Shown here piece by piece: positions 35,984 through 46,559 of a stretch of 64,000 bases of DNA. Source of the DNA: an uncultured virus (IMG/VR IMGVR_UViG_3300024999_000010). Lineage: Duplodnaviria; Heunggongvirae; Uroviricota; Caudoviricetes. A model generated the notes under the pieces. That model saw only the letters and a program-made list of their open reading frames with translations. It ran no database searches and had not been told where the DNA came from. The position numbers and the translations under genes were made by a program. The stretch lies in the IMG/VR virus record IMGVR_UViG_3300024999_000010; one strand, given 5' to 3'. Position 1 is the stretch's first letter. Every line of letters starts with the position of its first letter.

Positions 35984-36366
35984 TGCCAAGGGTTACTTCC
36001 GCAGAAGTTCGAGAAATAATTGATATTGATTCGTCAATTACAGATATTACCCCATTTATTACTGCTGGAAATTTATTAGTAACAAATGCATTTTCTGGGG
36101 ATACACAGGTTGGAGATGCAACATTAAGGGAAATTGAACGATATATTGTTGCCCATATTATTTGCTCCAGGGATCAGAGGACAATAGAGGAATGGGCAGG
36201 TGGTAATGAGGGAGTAAGGGTGAAATATATGGGGCAGTTTGGAAAAGGTCTTGAATCAACTCCTTACGGCCAGAATGCCTTGCTTTTGGATTTTACCGGT
36301 AGGCTTGCAAAACTTGGTAGAAAGCGTGCAAGTATTGGAATGATTGATTATTCAACGGATGTATAA
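35983..36366 (+). CDS. head-tail adaptor
   Basis: IERYIVAH, GLESTPYGQ..LLD..G. Confidence 0.8.
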   Translation: MPRVTSAEVREIIDIDSSITDITPFITAGNLLVTNAFSGDTQVGDATLREIERYIVAHIICSRDQRTIEEWAGGNEGVRVKYMGQFGKGLESTPYGQNALLLDFTGRLAKLGRKRASIGMIDYSTDV

Positions 36367-36717
36367 ATGAACAATCGAGTAAGAAAAAATCTGTTGAGAC
36401 AAACCGCTGTTTATTGGGGTTCCCCGGTAAATGACGGATATGGAGGAAAGACTTTTGCTGCTCCTGTAGAAGTTCAATGCCGCTGGATGATTAAACAGGA
36501 AAAGATTGTGTTGCAGAATATGGAAGAAGTTCTTTCTAAGGCTGTTGTTGCATTAAGTGATGATGTTGAAGTTGGGGGCAGATTAGCCTTGACCGATCTT
36601 GATAATTTGAATAGTTCTCAACTTCCCGAAGATGAAGAATCTTATGAAATTATGAAATTCTCAAAGAATCCTGATCCGAAGGCAAATGTTTTTGTAAGGA
36701 CTGCGTGGCTGATATGA
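36367..36717 (+). CDS. head closure protein
   Basis: QTAVYW...DGYG...P..V.CRW. Confidence 0.75.
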   Translation: MNNRVRKNLLRQTAVYWGSPVNDGYGGKTFAAPVEVQCRWMIKQEKIVLQNMEEVLSKAVVALSDDVEVGGRLALTDLDNLNSSQLPEDEESYEIMKFSKNPDPKANVFVRTAWLI

Positions 36718-37124
36718 GTATGAATCTTACAGGAATAGATAAAGTATTACAGAATCTCAATCGTGAAATAAAGGCAATTGAGAATAGAACGCAGAAAGGA
36801 TTGATGACGGCTGGATTGCTTGTAAAACGGGAAGCGCAGTTGAAGACTCCTGTTGATTATGGAAATTTGAAGGCATCCGCCTATGTTGATTCAATTCATG
36901 ATGCTATGGGAAGACTTGGTGTTGAAATTGGGTATACAGCTTTTTATGCCCCATTTGTTCATGAAGCATTGGGAAAATTGAAAGGATTACCAAGGCCAAG
37001 ACCGCATAAGGGGAGATTTTGGGACCCGCAAGGGAAGGCTGAACCGCAGTTTTTACGAAATGCATTGTATCAGAATGCTGATAAGATTTTATCAATTATT
37101 GCCGAGGATGCAAGAATCAGATGA
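36714..37124 (+). CDS. HK97 gp10-like tail completion protein
   Basis: TPVDYGNLKAS, YAPFVHE, FL..A. Confidence 0.85.
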   Translation: MSMNLTGIDKVLQNLNREIKAIENRTQKGLMTAGLLVKREAQLKTPVDYGNLKASAYVDSIHDAMGRLGVEIGYTAFYAPFVHEALGKLKGLPRPRPHKGRFWDPQGKAEPQFLRNALYQNADKILSIIAEDARIR

Positions 37125-37513
37125 ATTCAGTTGCTGAAGACATAAAAGATATTCTTGAAGATGATTCTGTTGGAGTATTTGGAACTGATATTTTTATTGG
37201 GATAATGCCTGAAACTCCTGATTCTTGTATCTGTTTATCCGATAATCAAGGATTAGGGAAACCAGAATCAAGATATGAGTGGGATTATACCGGGGTGCAG
37301 GTTTTAATTAGGGGTGCAGAAGGTGGCTATCAGGCTGTGTACGCGAAAGCCGTAGCTGTGAAGGTATCTCTTCACGGACTGGTAAATGAAACGGTAAATT
37401 CGGCGATTTATAAGATGATTCAAGCGGGCCATGATCCGCTTTACCTGGGAGTCGATAATAAAAACCGGCCAATGTTTTCAATTAATTTTGAAATTCAAAG
37501 AACATCGGCCTAA
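37121..37513 (+). CDS. tail terminator
   Basis: IFIG.MP..PD, QVLIRG, LG.D...R..FS.NF. Confidence 0.8.
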   Translation: MNSVAEDIKDILEDDSVGVFGTDIFIGIMPETPDSCICLSDNQGLGKPESRYEWDYTGVQVLIRGAEGGYQAVYAKAVAVKVSLHGLVNETVNSAIYKMIQAGHDPLYLGVDNKNRPMFSINFEIQRTSA

Positions 37514-37533
37514 CAAAACAGGAGGACAATGAT

Positions 37534-37953
37534 ATGTCTGTAAGTGCAGTTGTAAGCAAGGGGACAGTTTTTAAAAGAGGCGATGGGGCAAGCAATGAAG
37601 TGTTTGCTACCTTGACGGAAATTAATAGTGTTGGGCTGCCTTCACAGTCCCGGCCCATGATTGATGTTACCGATCTTTCCAGTACAGCAAGAGAGTTTAT
37701 CCCTGGCTTACTGGATTCTGGACAGGTAACAATCAATATGAATTTTACCCGCAATACTTATATTGCGATGCGGGCGGATTTACTTTCTGATAGTTCGGTA
37801 AATTATCAGATTGTTTTGCCTGATGCAAGTAATACGACTATTGATTTTGCCGGGTATGTTCAGGATATGGGCGGTAATGTTCCTGGACCGGATGAAAAGA
37901 TTGCTGTTGATGTTACTTTTAAAATTACTGGCTCGATCACCGTAAGCTCTTAA
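37534..37953 (+). CDS. major tail tube protein
   Basis: IDVT.L.S..REFIPGL.DSG, KITG. Confidence 0.88.
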   Translation: MSVSAVVSKGTVFKRGDGASNEVFATLTEINSVGLPSQSRPMIDVTDLSSTAREFIPGLLDSGQVTINMNFTRNTYIAMRADLLSDSSVNYQIVLPDASNTTIDFAGYVQDMGGNVPGPDEKIAVDVTFKITGSITVSS

Positions 37954-38000
37954 TTAATAAGAGTTTGAATTAATAACCAAGAAGTAAAGAGGAATTGAAA

Positions 38001-38399
38001 ATGAAAAAAAATGAAACTGGTAAAACTGCAACCCTTCCCTTTCTTACTCGTGAAGCAATTCTTGCTGCTGATGATCTTATCCGGGAAAGGGTGGATATTC
38101 CTGAATGGAACGGATCAATTTATGTATCTATGATGACCGCAACTGGTAGGGATGAATTTGAAAAAGATATGGTGATTATGAAAGAGGACGGCACTACAGA
38201 ACGGAATTTGAAGAATTTCCGGGCTTCTCTTTGTGCAAGGACAATTTGTAATGAAAAAGGGAAAAGGATGTTTAATTCTGTCGATGAAATTGAGCAACTT
38301 GGTGGTAAATCTGCTGCCGCAATTGAGCGGATTTTTACCGTTGCAATGCGGCTTAATAAAATTGGGAAACAAGATGTTGAGGAACTCACAAAAAACTAA
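38001..38399 (+). CDS. tail assembly chaperone (G)
   Basis: LTREAIL, V.IPEW.G, ends ELTKN at a slippery site. Confidence 0.85.
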   Translation: MKKNETGKTATLPFLTREAILAADDLIRERVDIPEWNGSIYVSMMTATGRDEFEKDMVIMKEDGTTERNLKNFRASLCARTICNEKGKRMFNSVDEIEQLGGKSAAAIERIFTVAMRLNKIGKQDVEELTKN

Positions 38400-38449
38400 T
38401 TGCCCGGCCAGGCAGAGTTTTTGCCTTTCGCCTCTGCCTGGCATTGGGC
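38390..38449 (+). promoter_or_regulatory. -1 programmed frameshift signal (A AAA AAC + hairpin)
   Basis: Heptamer 38390-38396; stem GCCAGGCAGAG/CTCTGCCTGGC at 38407-38442; -1 frame is continuous with the ORF ending at 38746. Confidence 0.85.
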
Positions 38450-38746
38450 TTCCCTCATCCGGATTTTCTTTTGGCAAATTTGACGAGTGAACAAATGGCA
38501 GAGTGGAAGGCATATAGCGAGATTGAGCCGTTTGGGAATAGGCATCAAGATATTGGTATGGGAATAATTGCTTCGACAATTGCCAATTTTGCAATGCGGA
38601 CAAAGAAATTGACAAAGCCATTTACCCCTGATCAATTTATGGTGCCAACTGCATCTGATAAGAAGAATAAAGTAAATGTTGTAACAGTTAAAGATATTTT
38701 CAAATCACTTCGGGACTCCATGAAGGGGAAAAAGAAAAATGGCTAA
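38393..38746 (+). CDS. tail assembly chaperone frameshift extension (T part of G-T)
   Basis: EW.AY..IEPFG motif; no own RBS/ATG; lies between G and tape measure. Confidence 0.8.
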   Translation, partial: KLIARPGRVFAFRLCLALGFPHPDFLLANLTSEQMAEWKAYSEIEPFGNRHQDIGMGIIASTIANFAMRTKKLTKPFTPDQFMVPTASDKKNKVNVVTVKDIFKSLRDSMKGKKKNG

Positions 38747-41700
38747 TATCGGAACATTGATGGCCCATTTGGGGGTTGATACCTCTGACTTGAAGCGTGC
38801 CGAAAAGGATTTGAAATCGTCTACCGGGGCAATGGAACGGGGATTTCTTTCTTTAAAAAATGTTATTGCTGGGGTATTTGCTGGTCTTGGAGTTTATCAG
38901 ATTGTTCAGTTTGGGAAAGAAGTAATTTCACTTGCTGATAATTATACATTACTTGGTAATCAATTAAAACTTGTAACATCCTCAAGTGCTGAATTAAATC
39001 AAGTTCAAGGAGATTTACAGAAACTTGCCGCAGATACTCGGGTTGGTTTTGAATCGACTTTGACTATTTATGCCCGTATGGCCAGAGCCACTCAAGAACT
39101 TGGGGTGACTTCCGGGGATTTGATGACGGTTACAAGAGCATTAAACGAAGCTGTTATTATTTCCGGTGTTACTTCGCAAGAAGCAAATGCAGCTCTTATC
39201 CAGTTATCTCAGGGTATGGCAAGCGGAACATTGAGAGGTGAAGAATTGCGCTCTGTAATGGAACAATTGCCTGCTGTAGCTATGCAAATTGCTAAGGGTA
39301 TGGGTATCCCTTATGCAAAGTTTAGAGAAATGGCCTTTGAAGGAAAGGTTACTACAGAGGCAATGATTAATGCCCTGAAAAAACAAGCAGGTGAAATCCA
39401 TTCAGAATTTTCTAAAATGGAAGTCACTATTGGTCAAGCCTGGACCAATATTGGAACGAATTTTGGCGCTACAGTCAATGATATGAATCAAGCAATTTCC
39501 GGGACAAGTGGAATTGCTTCTGTAATGCAGGATTTTGCCGATTGGTTACGAGAATTTCATGAGAGTGGTAATGCAACTGCTTGGGCTGATGATTTTAAAT
39601 TAGCTGCTGAAGGTGTTGGGGACGCAATTTCTCTTGTTACTGATCGTTTTGTAAATTTATATAATGCATTTGGATTACTTAATGCTGTTGCTGATGGACA
39701 GTTAAGTTTTTGGGAAGCAGCAGCAATGGGGCCGGAAGAAGCATCTAAATGGTTAAAACAATATAATGATACCTTAGAAATAATACCTACTCAAACATTG
39801 AGTAGTCATGGAGCGGAGGTTGATAATTTAACTTCTTCTCATGAAACTTTATCAGCGGCGGGTCTTGAAGCTATTGGTGTTGAAAATGATTTCCTTGTTG
39901 CACTTGAGAATGAAAAGGCTGGAGTTGATGGATTAGTTGGTTCTCATTTAATTCTTGCACAAGCAAAATTAACATCAAGTCATGAATTTGGTACATCGGT
40001 AGAAGCTGTTAAAAAATATGCAGATGAGATTGAAAATTTAAAGAAGAAATATACTCCTGTAATTGAAAAGATAGGTGAAATGACTCAAGCAGAAAAAGAA
40101 CTTAAAATTTTGCTTGATAATAAAATAATTACAGATAAACAATATGCGGCTGCCGTACGAGAAATTTCAAAAAGTGAAAAAGAGGCAACTAGGAATGCAA
40201 AGGATCATGCGGATGCAATTCAGGATGTTATTGATACATATCTCCCCTTGGAGAAGGAATCGAGAGATGTTGAAGAAGCTACAGCATTATTAAAAGAGGC
40301 TCTTGGTAATGGTGCTGAAAATGCTGATCGTTTAAAACTTGCTCTTGATAATTTGATAAAATCTACTCCTTCATATAAACAAAAAATGAAGGAAGTGAAA
40401 AAACAAGTTGATAAAATTGCTGAATCTTATAAAAATTGGGAAAAGAAACAAAAAGAAAATGAAGAATTTTCAAAAAAATCTTCTGAAGTTTTTGAAGAAA
40501 TTTATGATGAGTTAGTTGGCTCTTCTCAAGTGATGAATGATAGGATTTATGAATCATGGAAACAAGGACTTGAAAAACAAATTAATGATTATCGAGTTTA
40601 TGTAAAAGATGAAGAATTATTAAATCAATATCGCGAAAAGAGATTAAAAGAACTTTATGTAAAATGGGCAACTGATTCTGATAATTTCTTTGCTGGATTT
40701 ATTGCAGGACATATTGAAGCAGAAGACGCAATGAAATCCCTTGGGGAAGTAGGGAAAGAGGTTTATCAATCGCTTTCTACTGCATTTTCTGATACTTTTG
40801 TTTCAGTGATGAAGGGTGAATTTGATTCGATTGGGGATATTTGGAAATCCCTTCTTGATAATATGCTCAATATCTTTATTAAGTTTATTGCCGACCTTAT
40901 TGCTCAATGGGTTATGAGTGGTATTGTCGGGATGATTACCGGGGCATTTAGCGGTGGATGGTCTGGGGCACTTGGTGGATTGCTTGGGGGAATTAGTGGC
41001 AGTGGAGGTAATGGGATTGGGGGTGGATTAGGATCACTCGGAACTCTTTATTCAGGATATCAATATTTAACTGGTGGAAGTTCATTGCTTCCTGCTTCGG
41101 CATCTGGGGTATCGGTAGGTGCTCCTGTTGGGGCCAGCGCTGGATATGCTGGAACAGTTATTGGGTCGGCAGCTTATGAGGCTGTTGCTGCGGAGATAGC
41201 AGCTAGTGCCGCCCAGGAAGCCGCAATAACCGGATTATATGGTGGTGCTTATGAAGGCGCGGTTGTTGGTGGTGGAGCGGCAGCAAGTGAGGGTGGAGCG
41301 GCTGCTGCTGGGGGTGTAGGTGCAGGGGTTGGAACGGCTATGGTTGCCGGTGTTTTTGCTCTTGGAATATCGCTTTGGGCACGGCAGATGATGAAAGAGG
41401 ACATTCCTTCAATGTCTGAACTGATGAACAATATGGGAGTTGGTCCTGATGCATTTGCCTATGCAATGGGTGACACTTTCAAGAAGGGTATGAACCCGGT
41501 ATTCGGTGGATTGGAAGCGTTTATGATGGATGCTGAGAGTTCAATCTTGACCCGCTCAAAACGGCTTGGCTTGGGAATTAGGGAAACAGCTGACAGTATA
41601 AATGATATCAATATCCAAATGTTTGATAGCCAGAAAGGGATGTGGGTCGATCTTGGCAAGGAATTTAAGACATTTGAAATTCTTGCAACTACAATGGGCC

Positions 41701-42380
41701 GGTCAACTGCTGCATCAATGATTGAGGCAAAATCAGGTGTTGTTGGACTTGCAGAAGAATTGATTAATATTACTGATGCTCAGAAAACAAGTTTGGACAT
41801 TGCAATTGAATCCCTGCAAGATATGGGAGTTGAGGGCGAAGAATTTACAATTATTTTTGATGAAATAAGTAATGTTATTTCTGGTGTTTCTAAAGATACT
41901 TCAAAACTCAAATCAGAATTGAAAGGGCTTGGTTTAGCGAGTGATCAAGTCGGGATTGTTATCGAACAATTAGGACTCGATGTATTGGAAATGGAGAATA
42001 GTTTTTCTTCTGCTTCTGGCGGTTTACGAAGTTTTGTCAATACTGTAGGGACTCTTGATTATGGCCTTAATGATCTTGAAAATGCCCTTGGTGATGTCCA
42101 TAATGCGGTAAGAACAGCAGCAGATGGAATGGTAAGGATTGCAGAGGATACTGTTTATAATATTAATGATTTGCTTGCTGGTGTTGGGGATGGGGGCAAT
42201 ACTTATCCTTCAGGGGAAAATTACGGTTCAAATTCAAATGATAGCATAACAAGAAAAATTTCTGTTGATGTAAATGTTACTGCTTCAAAAGAGCTTGATG
42301 CAAAAATCGTGAAGATTGCCGATAACAATAGAGTTCAAGCTGATTTGCGGGATATGAAAGGTCGCCCAATGGTGTTTTAA
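38739..42380 (+). CDS. tape measure protein
   Basis: 1213 aa; QLSQGMASGTLRGEELRSVMEQ tape-measure motif; helical, Ala/Gly-rich. Confidence 0.95.
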   Translation: MANIGTLMAHLGVDTSDLKRAEKDLKSSTGAMERGFLSLKNVIAGVFAGLGVYQIVQFGKEVISLADNYTLLGNQLKLVTSSSAELNQVQGDLQKLAADTRVGFESTLTIYARMARATQELGVTSGDLMTVTRALNEAVIISGVTSQEANAALIQLSQGMASGTLRGEELRSVMEQLPAVAMQIAKGMGIPYAKFREMAFEGKVTTEAMINALKKQAGEIHSEFSKMEVTIGQAWTNIGTNFGATVNDMNQAISGTSGIASVMQDFADWLREFHESGNATAWADDFKLAAEGVGDAISLVTDRFVNLYNAFGLLNAVADGQLSFWEAAAMGPEEASKWLKQYNDTLEIIPTQTLSSHGAEVDNLTSSHETLSAAGLEAIGVENDFLVALENEKAGVDGLVGSHLILAQAKLTSSHEFGTSVEAVKKYADEIENLKKKYTPVIEKIGEMTQAEKELKILLDNKIITDKQYAAAVREISKSEKEATRNAKDHADAIQDVIDTYLPLEKESRDVEEATALLKEALGNGAENADRLKLALDNLIKSTPSYKQKMKEVKKQVDKIAESYKNWEKKQKENEEFSKKSSEVFEEIYDELVGSSQVMNDRIYESWKQGLEKQINDYRVYVKDEELLNQYREKRLKELYVKWATDSDNFFAGFIAGHIEAEDAMKSLGEVGKEVYQSLSTAFSDTFVSVMKGEFDSIGDIWKSLLDNMLNIFIKFIADLIAQWVMSGIVGMITGAFSGGWSGALGGLLGGISGSGGNGIGGGLGSLGTLYSGYQYLTGGSSLLPASASGVSVGAPVGASAGYAGTVIGSAAYEAVAAEIAASAAQEAAITGLYGGAYEGAVVGGGAAASEGGAAAAGGVGAGVGTAMVAGVFALGISLWARQMMKEDIPSMSELMNNMGVGPDAFAYAMGDTFKKGMNPVFGGLEAFMMDAESSILTRSKRLGLGIRETADSINDINIQMFDSQKGMWVDLGKEFKTFEILATTMGRSTAASMIEAKSGVVGLAEELINITDAQKTSLDIAIESLQDMGVEGEEFTIIFDEISNVISGVSKDTSKLKSELKGLGLASDQVGIVIEQLGLDVLEMENSFSSASGGLRSFVNTVGTLDYGLNDLENALGDVHNAVRTAADGMVRIAEDTVYNINDLLAGVGDGGNTYPSGENYGSNSNDSITRKISVDVNVTASKELDAKIVKIADNNRVQADLRDMKGRPMVF

Positions 42381-43952
42381 ATGATACTTGTTGAATTTAC
42401 AATAAATAGCGTAGTTAATCGGATTTCCGATGAATATTGCTATTTGACTCATCAATGGGTGAGGAAAATAAAGGATTTGACCCCTCCGAGATATTCAATA
42501 AAGAATTATGTTGGCGGATATGTTGAACCGGAATCGGGAAAAATTACATTATCTCCTGATTTATTTGCTTCTGATTATCCACCTCCCGTTTCTTGTGCGA
42601 TATCAATTTATATAACGGACACAACGGAAGAAGCAGCGGTATTAATGTTTTCTGGAACTGCTCATCTTGAATCAATAGGACAATCTGAAATTTCTTATGG
42701 ATTGTTTGGTGAAGAATATTCATTAACTCTTTCTGAAAAAACTTATATTGATGATACATTATCGGATGTATTTGATACATATTGTGCTTCTGCTTATCTT
42801 GGATTGACATTAAATACCACTTATGCAAGGGTAACACAGCCAAGTGTTTATAATGTTTTTGAAGAAGGTGAAATTGTAATTGATATGCTTTCCAAATTGG
42901 CAGAAGCAACAAATCATCTTTTTTATATCAAAAATGGAACTCTTTATCTTGTTGATACATTATTGAGTAATGGATCAGCTCTTACTCCTGGAATAAAGAT
43001 TTACCCTCCTGAATATAAATATTTACCTGCATATAAACAATATACAAGTGAAGCAATAAAGAAATATAAATTGGCTGGCTCTTACGCTTATGGTTCTGTT
43101 GAATCATCTGATGTTGCAAACAGTATTGAGCATTTATATGGAAGATTTGGGAATAATTCGGGGAATGATCAACTTTGGTTAATGCATCGTTCCTTATTTG
43201 TTCAATATGAAACTGGAAAAACTTATCGTTTATCAATTAAGGTTCGTCGTTCATCAGGATCAGCCAATATTGTGGCGGGTTGGCTTGGGTATGGGGCTGA
43301 CAGATCAACTATTATTGATCGCAATGGGGGAACTGATTATACATTAGCTTGTTGGCATTGTGCTAGTGCTCCTGATTTATCGGCATATTCGTCTGATTGG
43401 TTGACAAAAACTGGCTATACTAGGGCAACATCCGCGCCAGCTAGTATTGCTGAAGCTCCAATTGTTTCAAGTCCTGGCACTATGTATACAGGGACGGCTT
43501 ATATTAGACCTGTTATTATTTTAAATTCCTCTGCTGCTGCTGGGGTTATGGATCTTGATTATATTGCAATTTATGAGGTTGATGGTGATGGCAATATTTT
43601 AGAGGAAATTCTTTATAATGATCTTACTGATTCTGCTCAATTATGGGAATGGACAAATGTATCAGGCTCAGGTAATCGTGGAATTTATACAAGTGTAGCC
43701 GCTTCTGCCTCTGCAATGGCCACTCATCTTGGGAATAGGAAAACAATTCTTGAAAGACCACAGATTACATTAAAAATGGATTTACTTGCGGCAAATGTTC
43801 CAGTTCCAGGGCAACCAATTACATTTACTGATACAATGGCCCCTCCTGACAATTCAGTTGCCGGAATTGATGTTACTCTTTATACAAGAAATATTTCATT
43901 TGATTTAGCGAATTATAAAATAATTGTTTCCGGTGATGGAGTAATAGCATGA
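42381..43952 (+). CDS. tail tip/hub protein
   Basis: Directly after tape measure; beta-rich. Confidence 0.6.
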   Translation: MILVEFTINSVVNRISDEYCYLTHQWVRKIKDLTPPRYSIKNYVGGYVEPESGKITLSPDLFASDYPPPVSCAISIYITDTTEEAAVLMFSGTAHLESIGQSEISYGLFGEEYSLTLSEKTYIDDTLSDVFDTYCASAYLGLTLNTTYARVTQPSVYNVFEEGEIVIDMLSKLAEATNHLFYIKNGTLYLVDTLLSNGSALTPGIKIYPPEYKYLPAYKQYTSEAIKKYKLAGSYAYGSVESSDVANSIEHLYGRFGNNSGNDQLWLMHRSLFVQYETGKTYRLSIKVRRSSGSANIVAGWLGYGADRSTIIDRNGGTDYTLACWHCASAPDLSAYSSDWLTKTGYTRATSAPASIAEAPIVSSPGTMYTGTAYIRPVIILNSSAAAGVMDLDYIAIYEVDGDGNILEEILYNDLTDSAQLWEWTNVSGSGNRGIYTSVAASASAMATHLGNRKTILERPQITLKMDLLAANVPVPGQPITFTDTMAPPDNSVAGIDVTLYTRNISFDLANYKIIVSGDGVIA

Positions 43953-44743
43953 AAGTAATTGCTGAAAATTTAATTACAGGTGTTCTTGCTTCATCGGAAG
44001 AAAGTGCGGATTATGCTGATGAGAATTTGCTTGATGAATATCCTGGTCATATTTGGAAGGGGGATACCGCTTCTGAAACTTTAACTGTATCAATTTCTGG
44101 TTTATGTTCGGGGTTCGCGATTTTTAATACAAATGCCGATAGTATTTCGGCACAAATAAGTGATCCAAATTTAATTCAATGGGAAGTGGCTGTATTATCT
44201 TCTGGCGATGATGGAGTTGAATGGGAAGCTGGAACAGAATGGTCAAGTTTTATTGTTCCAACAGAAACGATTGCTGCTCAGGATGATGAAACCGGAGCAT
44301 TTATGATTCAATGGGATCAAGTATCTGCTGATCTTGAAATAATTGTTTCTCTTGTTAATTCTGCTGGAAGTGCTGTATTTGCTGGGACTATTGTTGCTGG
44401 ATTAATTTTATCATTTGCCGGCCCTCACGGAGAAATAATGGAAGGGACAGATGATTTATCTTTTGTTGATGAATATAATTCTGGTTCTGTATTTGTAAAA
44501 GATAGGGATGTTTTAAGGACATTTGATAATAGACATGTAATTACAAGAGATACAGCTTTTAACAATTTTATATTTCTTGTGAAAAAGATTATTAAGAAAA
44601 GGCCTGCTGCTTGGCTTATTACTGATTTGAATAATTCGAGATGGCTTGTTTATGCAAGATTTACGGTTGATCCTAAAGGTCGGCACTCACCAGAACTCAA
44701 TGGATATACAGAATTAACATATCAATTAACGGAGGTAAGATAA
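43949..44743 (+). CDS. tail tip (distal tail-like) protein
   Basis: Position; acidic and beta-rich. Confidence 0.55.
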   Translation: MKVIAENLITGVLASSEESADYADENLLDEYPGHIWKGDTASETLTVSISGLCSGFAIFNTNADSISAQISDPNLIQWEVAVLSSGDDGVEWEAGTEWSSFIVPTETIAAQDDETGAFMIQWDQVSADLEIIVSLVNSAGSAVFAGTIVAGLILSFAGPHGEIMEGTDDLSFVDEYNSGSVFVKDRDVLRTFDNRHVITRDTAFNNFIFLVKKIIKKRPAAWLITDLNNSRWLVYARFTVDPKGRHSPELNGYTELTYQLTEVR

Positions 44744-45676
44744 ATGCCAGTTATTGTTTATTATCGGCAAGGGATTACTGGTGGGACAGCAACTGATCTT
44801 GATGGAATTGACAGTTCAATTCTTAATGATAAGGATTTGTGTATTGTTGCGAATGGAACAACATTTTATCTTTATCAATTAGATGTTGATTCGGGTGCTG
44901 CTGAAAGTTCTCCAAGTATTATTTCTCCTGACGATTCTGCCGCCGGGGATAAGCGCTGGAAACTTCAGAGGCAACCAGTAGATGCCGGGATTCCTGCTGG
45001 TTCTATTGTCCCTTGGATTGGTGGATATTTTGGGGATGGATCAAATGGAAGTTATACAGATGTTTTGCTCGGTGGGAATAGTGTTGCCTTGGCAAATGCT
45101 TATTTGAATGCTGATAATTGGTATGTTTGTAATGGTGCTGCATTAAATACTGGAACTGGGATATTTAACGGAGCAAATAGATATCTCCCAAATTTGACGG
45201 ATTCGCGCTTTATTATGGGGGATACAACTGCTGGCGGGATTGGTGGCGCTGCTTCAAATAGCCATACTCATTCCCATAGCCATGGAATGAACAGCCATAC
45301 TCACGGACTGAATAGCCATGTTCATTCAATGCAGAGTCATACACATGTAACTTATCCTGTTGCATTAAATACTGCAGATTTGGCTTCTCATGCTCATAAT
45401 ATGCATTGTGTTAATCCGCTTGTTGCTGGTACTGAAAGCGGGTTGGGATATTATTCGGCCAAAGCCGATGCTGGTCTTGTATCTACAGTCGTAAGCGGTT
45501 CTGGCTCAACTCATGAACATGGTTCAACCTCTCCTTCGAATTATACGAATACTGGTGCAGCAAGTGGGAATACAGCGGCAGCAAGCGGAAATACAGCAGT
45601 AGATGCAACGGCAGCATCTTCCAATGAAAATAGGCCACTTTTTCTTTCTTGTTTTTATATTATGAAAGTTGCTTAA
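44744..45676 (+). CDS. tail fiber with collar domain and HxH repeats
   Basis: IPAGSIVPW, WYVCNG, PNL..RF..G, multiple HTH/HSH, ENRP...FYIMK. Confidence 0.85.
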   Translation: MPVIVYYRQGITGGTATDLDGIDSSILNDKDLCIVANGTTFYLYQLDVDSGAAESSPSIISPDDSAAGDKRWKLQRQPVDAGIPAGSIVPWIGGYFGDGSNGSYTDVLLGGNSVALANAYLNADNWYVCNGAALNTGTGIFNGANRYLPNLTDSRFIMGDTTAGGIGGAASNSHTHSHSHGMNSHTHGLNSHVHSMQSHTHVTYPVALNTADLASHAHNMHCVNPLVAGTESGLGYYSAKADAGLVSTVVSGSGSTHEHGSTSPSNYTNTGAASGNTAAASGNTAVDATAASSNENRPLFLSCFYIMKVA

Positions 45677-45709
45677 TTTCTTATTAACCACAATAAAGAG
45701 AAAATTAAA

Positions 45710-45976
45710 ATGGACAGTTACACGGTAAAATATAAATTGAAAGAAGATTGGTTTTGGACAACAATTAAAAATGTAACAGGGGATGGGATTACTTCAAGAT
45801 TGGTTGATTCCGGGGAATTTATAAATCTTCCTGAACCATTTAGATTTTTTACAACAATAGATAATAAAATGATTCATATTCCTTATCGGGCTCAAGTAAT
45901 TTTTTCAAAAGAAAGGGATATAATTATTTCGAAAAGAATGTCAAAACAGGCTGGCCAACAGATTCAAAGAAATTAA
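45710..45976 (+). CDS. hypothetical protein
   Basis: 88-aa ORF after the fiber gene. Confidence 0.6.
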   Translation: MDSYTVKYKLKEDWFWTTIKNVTGDGITSRLVDSGEFINLPEPFRFFTTIDNKMIHIPYRAQVIFSKERDIIISKRMSKQAGQQIQRN

Positions 45977-45987
45977 GGAGAAATAAG

Positions 45988-46491
45988 ATGAAAAAGTTTA
46001 TTGTTGTATTATTTGCATTATTATTTTACGGGAATGTTTTTGCTGCCGGAACCTGTACAGAAACCGATTGGGAAGTTGTCAAGGATTATCGGGGGAATAA
46101 AGTTGGAACAATTCTGACTATTCTTTGCACTCATCATACTGATAATTCTCTTTCTGCTCCATTGTCCTCCAATGGTGCTGAATCTGCAATGCAGAAATTA
46201 TCAGGACAATATATTTATAAAATTAAATATATTCCTTCTTCTCCTGCCCCGACTGATGAAACTGATTTGATAATTACTGATTCTGATGGCCTTTCCTTAC
46301 TTGGAACAAATGGAACAAATTTTATTGATGAAACAACGAAACAGGAAACATTAGGGAAAAATACATTTCTTGGTATTAATACTTATTTGTGGCCGGTATA
46401 TTCTGAGATTTGGACAATATCAACTTCTGGCAATGCCGTTTCTGGTTCGAAATTTTATTTGAAGTTTTATGGATTGTATGCGGATAGATAA
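45988..46491 (+). CDS. hypothetical protein with Sec signal peptide
   Basis: MKKFIVVLFALLFYGNVFA-AG; AAGGAG RBS. Confidence 0.7.
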   Translation: MKKFIVVLFALLFYGNVFAAGTCTETDWEVVKDYRGNKVGTILTILCTHHTDNSLSAPLSSNGAESAMQKLSGQYIYKIKYIPSSPAPTDETDLIITDSDGLSLLGTNGTNFIDETTKQETLGKNTFLGINTYLWPVYSEIWTISTSGNAVSGSKFYLKFYGLYADR

Positions 46492-46559
46492 AAATAAAAT
46501 TTAGAAATATAAGAGTTTTAGGATATAATAAAGCAGAATATAAAGGAGGTTGATAAATT

